This document shows positions 54,651 to 64,000 of a stretch of 64,000 nt of DNA, piece by piece (positions within the stretch are counted from its first letter, which is position 1; the number at the start of each line of letters is the position of its first letter). The translations under genes and the position numbers were made by a program. The stretch is taken from assembly GCF_009914755.1 (NCBI RefSeq), contig NC_060925.1; one strand, 5' to 3'. The notes below the pieces were generated by a model. It ran no database searches. It saw only the letters and a list, made by a program, of their open reading frames with translations, and was not told where the DNA came from. The DNA is from the human T2T-CHM13v2.0 reference genome, Homo sapiens.

Positions 54651-55347
54651 GGTGAGTAGAACCTAGAATAAGAGAGTCATGCTTCAGTGTCAAAGGGACA
54701 AAGGGCTGGGCTAAGTTCAGGCCAAAAGAGAATGGATATGGAGAATGGATTGAAGGACTTTCTCGAAGAAGAGTGCATGGAAACTTGTGCCTAACAATGT
54801 AGAGGGCAAGGGAGGGGGTGGAGTTGAAGACACCTCCAACATTGAGACTTGATCACCATGTCACTGAAAAGGAACTCATTTGAGGGAAATATAATGACAC
54901 TATTTCTATGCTAATTAAGGGATTTTTGTGGAAATAATTTAATAACAATGTTGTTACTTTTGTATTGGGCTTCAACAGTTTACTAGATGAATTTATACAT
55001 CATCTCATTTACTCTTTAACCGGCTTTTGGAATACAAGAGAAAATGGAAGCACTTAGGGAGGTCCTATTTGACTCTCCTTTCCTGGGGTCTTCCCTGCTG
55101 ACCCTTCTACTCCAGACTCTTCTTCACTTCTGTTTCCAAGGGATGAAATCACTAAATCACTCAGGTTAGGCCATCTCCAGTCAAGATAAAAGGTCGGGGT
55201 GGTGTTAGCATGTAGTGAGATGATGTGTGGTGGAAGAGATCTTAGGCCATGTGAAGGCTGAAAAATGTGGGTTTAAGGGAGAAGGGTCTGGGATATACAT
55301 TGATTTGGCTGGGGACAGATTATTTTATAATATTTAGGGATGGTGAC

Positions 55348-56108
55348 TGATATAGTTTGGATATTTGTCCCCCCAAATCTCATGTTGAAATTTGATCCCC
55401 AGTATTGGAAGATGGGGCGTAATGGGAGGTGTTTGGATCAGGTGGGCAGATCCCTCATGAATGGCTTGGTGCCCTTCCCATCCTAATGAGTGAGTGCTCA
55501 CTCTACTAGTTCACATGAGAGTGGTTGTTTAAAAGAGCATGACACCCCTCCCCTCACTGTCTCTCTCTTGCCCCGTCCCTCACCATATGACACACTGCTC
55601 TCCTTCCTCTTCCACTGCAACTGGAAGCTTCCTGAGGTCCCCACCAGGAGCAGATGCTGGCGCAGTTCCTAACAGGCCACAGACTGATACCAGGGGTTGG
55701 AGAGTCCTGATTAAAAGATAACACAAAGTGCTGAAAAGAGTGAGGAGCAATAGAAGTTCCTATGTGCTACTGAAGAGTGTGTAAAATGATTCCAGCACTT
55801 TGGGAAACTGTTTGCAAAATCTGCTACTCAATATTGCTCATCCTGTGACCTGGAAATTCCACTCCTAGGTATGGAAGTGCCTAGAAGTGGTTTTACATAA
55901 TATAGGATATACACATGAAAAGCCATGCCCAAGAATGTTCATAGCATCATTACTCACTATTATTAATACAAAGCAAATGTCCAGCAGTAAAATGTGGTCA
56001 TGCTTCTTGTACAGGCTGCAGAACCATAAGCCAAATACACCTCTTCTTTTTATAAATTACCCAGTCTCAGGTATTCCTTTATAGCAACACAAAATGAACT
56101 AAGACAGT
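55348..56108 (+). mobile_element. MSTB-type LTR split by a 337-bp insertion
   Basis: tgatatagtttggatatttgtccccccaaatctcatgttg...aaattacccagtctcaggtattcctttatagcaac. Confidence 0.9.
55665..56001 (-). other. inverted duplicate of 52926-53263
   Basis: Manual alignment: 13 substitutions plus 1 indel over ~338 bp. Confidence 0.95.
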
Positions 56109-56278
56109 CACCTCACAAGGGTGTGAAGTGTTGATTTTTGGGGGGTTATGGATAAATCGTATCACTGTCAGAGAAGGGGAGAGAAGGACAATAGAAAGTA
56201 GAGCAATGTAGAGAAGGAATGATCGTTATGGGTGGGTTGGCAGAAGAAGGACAATACTACATTGAAATATTTTAGACG

Positions 56279-56280
<2 letters not shown>

Positions 56281-56320
<40 letters not shown>
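56281..56320. repeat. (GT)20 microsatellite
   Basis: Pure GT run. Confidence 0.98.
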
Positions 56321-56322
<2 letters not shown>

Positions 56323-59192
56323 TCTAGCCTCAGGGAGAGTGAGAAGAGGGGATTTGGTGGTTGGAAGAGAAGAGTGAAAGAGATATTGGAATTAGAAAGA
56401 TTCTGAAGAACTTTAGAGTACTTAAGATTGGCATCCATTAGCCTAGGCTCTGTCAGCTAGCCAGTATTAAGTATCTCCCGTGGCTGCTGTTCAGTACGGA
56501 TGGGACAGATGTTGTGTCTTAGGGAAGGGAGCTAGACTTTGAAGCTCCTTCCATTCTAGGATTGGACAAACAGGTATTTATTTAAAAGAACCAGATGGTT
56601 CAAAGGAATTTCTAATTTTATACTGTTGGGCATCAGGTTTCAAACTAAATTTGGGCTCTGTCTTCCAGCTTTCCTGTTGGCCCTGGATTGAGAATAGCCT
56701 CCTGTTTTACCAGCCATCTGGTCCCTCCAGATCTCTGCTGCTGAGTGACAACTCCAAATATCTCCCCACAGAGAGGACAGAATCTTAAACAAAATCTATA
56801 GGGTGAATATACATTTTTCTAATAGGTGAGATCCTGGAAAGGAATAGGTCCCCACTTTGAAAAGACCCATGTGATGAGAGTCACACTTATGTTTGATTTG
56901 ATAAGTGGCTTCTTGAGCAGCCACATATTGAAGTGTACTCTCTACTGGATAGTCCATACCTGTGCTTCTAGATCTTTGATTTTGTAGAATTTCCTTTTCT
57001 AAATAAGCAGGCTTGTGTGCTAGTAATTCATCACATAGTATCAATAACTGTTTATAAATACCTGCTTGTGTGCTAGGCACTGGTGGCACAGAGTGGTAGA
57101 AGAAGGTGTCACTACCAGTTTGAACTATATCTCTGGTTTTCTAAAATGACGAAAATGGAGAATGATTTAGCTCTAACCATGACATGAATTTTTTGAGGAA
57201 TAAAATCTATTATTTTCAGCAGGACCGTCTCTGGACAGAAGAGGCTAAGGCCATCCCAGGGCTTGATTTGTCTCCAGTGCAAGACAAATCGTACTATGAA
57301 GTCTCTTTGCTTCCTATTCTCAACCCCTCCCACTGGCAACCCAGCATTTTTATCAGGTCAAAGTGAATGACAAGGGTTAAAACTTGAAGAGGATGAGAAA
57401 TCACACAATGCATCCATGTGACCAGAAGGGCTGACGATACTTGGATGGAGGTGTTACCACTTGGTTTGGTGAAGTCTGGGGTTTACATGCTTTGGAGGCA
57501 TGTGTGAGCCTCAGGCCCTTCCTTCTGAGCAGCAGATGGCAGAGCCACCTCAATGCACTCTGCCAGCTGCCTGGTTCATGTGCCTGGGTGGGATTGTCCT
57601 GCTCTACCTTCCACAAGGATGGCTTTGTCTGCCAGAAAGAATAATCACAACTGAAACAAATGTGTAACGATACCTGGATAGATACAGCTCAAATGGCTCC
57701 TGACAGGCCTCTGGCTAGGAGGGCCTGAGCAGTTACAGTGGGAAGGTGGATGGTTTAGGACCAGACAGATGGTGGGCAGCTGTCATCCACTGCATCCCAG
57801 TCCCCTTCAGTCTCACATCACAAATGACCCTAAGGCTATGTGTGAGCAGATTTGAAAATAAAAAAGGTTCAGTTGATTCCATTTATCACAAGTTTTCTCA
57901 AGAACAGGCAGGCAATAAAACTGGTCCCCATTCCCCCAAATAGATTTTGCAATGCTTGAGGTCTCCTCTTAATATATAATGGAGGAGTTGCTAGGGTAGC
58001 TGATCTGAGTGTGTGTATGTCTCTGTCTAATAGGTTTTTCTTGCAAAAAGTCTTATAGTTATGGTTTAAGTTCTCATTGCCCAACTGTATACTCTGAGTC
58101 ACTGTCCTGTCACAGCCATATTTCCGGCTGGCATTGTGTCTGCAACCAAGAGTGTGACTGCAAGAACACAAGGCACTGTGCAAAGATAGATGAGCTGTAT
58201 GAGTCAGGAGTTCTGCTCTCCAGGTCTGAGGCTGTTCATTGCCTGGGTTTGTCCAGCGGGCCTGAAGCCATGGAGAGCATAATATTTAGAGGTGGCGAAC
58301 CCGACACCACCCTGCTTGCATTCTTTGCTCCAGGCCTTCTGACCTAGTTGTCCTTTTCCTGTACCCCATGCTTGCTCCCTGAGCCCTACGCTTGCTGTTC
58401 TCCAGATTGAGGCTTTCTCCTCTTGCTTCATACTCCCCTCCCTCAGCCCACTATGCACTATGTCAGGCCAACTGGTCTTACTCTGCAGGAGAGTCTGAGA
58501 TTCACTGTTGCTTCCTGTGGGGAGGCTTTTCTGAGCCCCCAAGCCTGGTGCTGTGTGCTCCCGTGGCAGCCCCTGCTTCTCCTGTACACCACATATTGCC
58601 AACTTGCTTCTGACTTTCCCCTACTGAGCTACATTCTCCATGAGGTAGGGAATTATGTGTTTATTTTTCCAGCACAGAGCTTGGTGCACACTGGGTGCTC
58701 AGTGGTTGAGCAGATGAATGGACCATCTCGGTGATTCTTTGCTTCCCTCACACTGAGAAGGTCTGGCCAGCTCGTTTCCCTTTCTCCTCTCCCTTGTTTC
58801 TTGCTGAATCTTCTGGAGCACCAGTGAAAACACAGTCCTTGCCTGGCTTTCTGTTTTTTTTTTTTATTCTCTCCCCATTGCTTTAATTAACTTAGAAATT
58901 CAGTGGACTCTTAGACAAACAATAGAATTTGATTATCTCTATAGTATACCTGGATGCCACTTCTCTGAAGTCTGTTTGAATGAAGTGATAAAACCTTGTA
59001 TGTTTTGTTTGTTTTCCAGTTGCCTCCTGGTTATAAAGCAAAGCCAAACTGGAGAGACCAGTGCCAGAGCCTTTATTACTAAAAGGTCAGCATTACTTGC
59101 AACTCTCTTTGGTTTGGGGCTCTTTTGTGTCACAGATGTTTTCTTTCCTTTATTTTTTTTTTCAGGATTAAGCATGAGTTTAATTTCTTCTT

Positions 59193-60279
59193 CTTTTTTT
59201 TTTAAATTATACTTTAAGTTCTGGGGTACATGTGCAGAACATGAAGTTTTGTTACATAGGTATACATGTGCCATGGTGGTTTGCTGCACCCATCAACCCG
59301 TCATCTACATTAGGTATTTCTCCTAATGCTATCCCTCCCCTATCCCCCATCCCCTGACAGACCCTGGTGTGTGATATTCCCTTCCCTGTGTCTATGCTCT
59401 TCTTCCTCAACTCCCACTTATGAGTGAGAACATGTGGTGTTTGGTTTTCTGTTCCTGTGATAGTTCGCTGAGAATGATGGTTTCCAGCTTCATCCATGTC
59501 CATGCAAAGGACATGAACTCATCATTTTTTATGGCTGCATAGTATTCCATGGTGCATATGTGCCACATTTTCTCTATCTAGTCTATTATTGATGGATATT
59601 TGGGTTGATTCCAAGTCTTTGCTATTGTGAATAGTGGCACAACAAACACACATGTGCATGTGTCTTTACAGTAGAATGATATATAATTCTTTGGGTATAT
59701 ACCCAGTAATGGGATTGCTGGGTCAAATGGTATTTCTAGTTCTAGATCCTTGAGGAATCGCCACACTGTCTTCTACAATGATTGAACTAATTACACTCCC
59801 ACCAACAGTGTAAAAGCGTTCCTATTTCTCCACATCCTCTCCAGCATCAGTTGTTTCCTGACTTTGTAATGATCGCCATTCTAACTGGCATGAGATGGTA
59901 TCTCATTGTGGTTTTGATTTGCATTTCTCTAATGACCAGTGATGATGAGCATTTTTTCATATGTTTGTTGGCTGCATAAATGTCTTCTTTTGAGAAGTGC
60001 CTGTTTATATCCTTTACCCACTTTTTGATGGGTTTGTTTGTTTTTTTCTTGTAAATTTGTTTAAGTTCTTTGTAGATTCTGGACATTAGCCCTTTGTCAG
60101 ATGGATAGATTGCAAAAATTTTCTCCCATTCTGTAGGTTGCCTGTTCACTCTGATGATAATTTCTTTTACTGTGCAGAAGCGCTTTAGTTTAATTAGATC
60201 CCATTTGTCAATTTTGGCTTTTGTTGCCATTGCTTTCGGTATTTTAGACATGAAGTCTTTGCCCATGCCTGTGTCCTGA
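59193..60279 (-). mobile_element. L1PA 3' ~1.1 kb (ORF2 C-terminus plus 3'UTR)
   Basis: ttatactttaagttctggggtacatgtgc; minus-strand peptide [27 protein letters not shown] matches ORF2p. Confidence 0.95.
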
Positions 60280-60360
60280 GATTTATAGCATTTGGACCAG
60301 AAGATACCCCAAGAGCAGGCAGTGAGCAGATCACTATCTTTACTCCTAGTCTGCCTTTTG

Positions 60361-60424
60361 TATTAGGTTGGTGCAAAAGCAATTGCATTTTTTTGCCATT
60401 AAAATTACTTTTGCACCAACCTAA
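60361..60424. mobile_element. MADE1 mariner MITE (internally deleted)
   Basis: TIRs ttaggttggtgcaaaag / cttttgcaccaacctaa. Confidence 0.9.
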
Positions 60425-60830
60425 ATATAACTTGTGATGATGCAGAGCACCCAAACGAGAGAGTGTGTGATTGTGCAGGCATCCACTGTGCCTCTATTTT
60501 TATTTCTTCCAGCTTAGGGGTGTGGCTTCTCTCATCATAGTTTCACAAAAGGATTATTTTCTAGTCAAAAAGATAACCACCCAGGTAGAAATCAAGGTGA
60601 GGGGAAAGGACGAAACAGTTGTAGATGTTTATTTTTAGTTCAGTTGGCATAAATGACCCCACTGGGATGTTATAAGATCGAGAACCCGGAGTAGGGGAGC
60701 CTTGTTAGTCTTTGACTCTGAACAGACCTAGAGTCTGATCCTGTGGCATTCTTCCACCTAAGAGCAATTATTGGAGTTGAAAGAAAACCACTTAGTTTTA
60801 CTCAAATTTGTTTTAAAATATTTATAATGA

Positions 60831-61205
<375 letters not shown>

Positions 61206-61288
61206 TTACTTAGTCATCACCTCATTTAATTGTTTTGATTAGATATTGAGAATATTCATATAATATATATGTGATGTGTAAGGAATTA

Positions 61289-61988
<700 letters not shown>

Positions 61989-62553
61989 TTGTTCACTTTT
62001 TTTCTAAAATGCTTTTTTACATTTTGCTATATTCCAAAACGACATGTTGTTTAGTTTTGAATGTTGTTGGACTTTAAACAAATGGAATCATACTGTATGA
62101 ATTTTCTGCAACTTGTGTGTTTTACTCAGACATTTGATCTTGAGTTTCATCCGTGTAGTTGTGTTTCACTGTAATTAATTCCTATAATAAGAATTATATG
62201 GCGCTAGAGCATATAAATACACCACAGTGTGGTTTATTCATTCAGATGTGGATGAATGTTTGCATTGTTTCCATTTTTAAAACACGATCTAGACAAGACT
62301 TTTTCGATCATTCTTGTATGAGTCCCTTTGTGCACACGTACAGGAGCTCTAGGGTATAATCCTGCATGCGGACCTGCTGGATTACAGGACACATGCATCT
62401 TCATTCTTGCTAGATTATTTCTAATTATTTTTCAAGTGGTTGTACCAGTTGACACTCTCACCAGCAGTGTGAGTGTTCTGGTTTTTCCATCATAGCCAAC
62501 ACCTGATTTTGTCAGACTTTCAAACTTTTGCCAGTCTGGTAGGTATGAAATAG

Positions 62554-62974
<421 letters not shown>

Positions 62975-62979
62975 TAATG

Positions 62980-63337
62980 ATTTTTAAAATAATTTCAATT
63001 TCTATTTTAGATTCAAGGGGTACGTGTGCAAGTTTGTTCCATGGGTATATTATGCGCTGCTGCAGTTTGGAGTACAATCGATCCTGTCACCCATGTAGTG
63101 AGCATAGTACCCAATAGTTAGTTTTTCAATCCTTCCCTCCCCCTCCCACCTCTAGTAGTCTCCAGTCTGTTGTTGCCACCTTTGTGTCCACATGTACCCA
63201 GTGTTTAGCTCCCACTTATAAGTGAGAACATGCGATATTCGGTTTTCTGTTTCTGCATTAATTTGCTTAGGATAATGGCCTCCAGCTGCATCCATGTTGC
63301 CACAAAGGACATGATTTTGTTCTTTTTTATGGCTGCA
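62980..63337 (-). mobile_element. older L1PA (PA15/16-like) 3' end
   Basis: tttagattcaaggggtacgtgtgc...tttagctcccacttataagtgagaacatgc. Confidence 0.85.
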
Positions 63338-64000
63338 CCTATCTTTTTCTATTAAGATGTCTTTTTCTTATAGACTTATATGACTTCTTTATGTATTTTG
63401 ATACTACCTCATTTGTATGTTGCAACAAATAGCTTCTCCATTTTTAATTGTTTTTTAAATTCTCTAACAGTTTCTTTTGGTGAACATATGTTCCAATTTT
63501 AGCTTAGCCAAACTTATCAAACATTTCCTTTATAGTTTATATTTTTGTATAAACTATTTATACAACAACTTTGTATGCAATCTTTCTTACTGAATGTTAT
63601 AATCACATTGCCTATATTATCTTCTAAAAGTTTTATAGTTTAGCCTTTCATGTTTAGGCCTACAGTCTATGTGAAATTGATGTTTGTGTTCAATAGGATA
63701 GATCCAATAGAAATAGGATCATATTTCTTTTTTTTTTTTTCCTGTGTGAATACTCAGTACTCTCAGCACCGTGAATTTCCACACTGTGAGCAATGGCAGC
63801 TTTGTCATAAATGTACATATACATATGGGTCTGTTTCTGGAACCTATTCTATTTCATTGTTCAGTATACCTCTGTGCCTCCACTATCTTAATTCCTAGAG
63901 CTTTTTAATAATTCTTGATACTTGATAGGGCAAGGCCTCTTGTCTTATTCTCCTTTGAGTGTGTCTTGGCTATTCTTGGTCCCTTGCACTTCTCTGTAAA

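Noticed and set aside
59578-60266. ORFs with protein-like sequence
   Set aside because: Fragments of truncated, frameshifted L1 ORF2; no functional gene.

Overview
Primate (human-like) genomic DNA, intergenic or intronic and repeat-dense. It contains many Alus, L1/L2/MIR fragments, MaLR/ERVL/ERV1 LTRs and MER/MADE DNA transposons. I find no credible protein-coding exon: the listed ORFs are Alu-, L1- or satellite-derived or chance frames. The outstanding feature is a ~6.1 kb AT-rich SATR1/SATR2-like satellite (40043-46154) built from internally palindromic ~59-66 bp units. It is arranged as domain A (forward), domain B (a related variant) and domain C (inverted relative to A). It also shows local orientation flips, a perfect 27-bp hairpin, stem-preserving covariation and a twin-primed L1 insertion. 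Other notable items: a 337-bp inverted templated copy inserted into an MSTB LTR, a short orphan poly(A) retrocopy with TSD, an old two-LTR ERVL remnant, and splice signals suggesting a lncRNA. Repeat family names come from remembered consensus sequences, not database searches; most boundaries are approximate.
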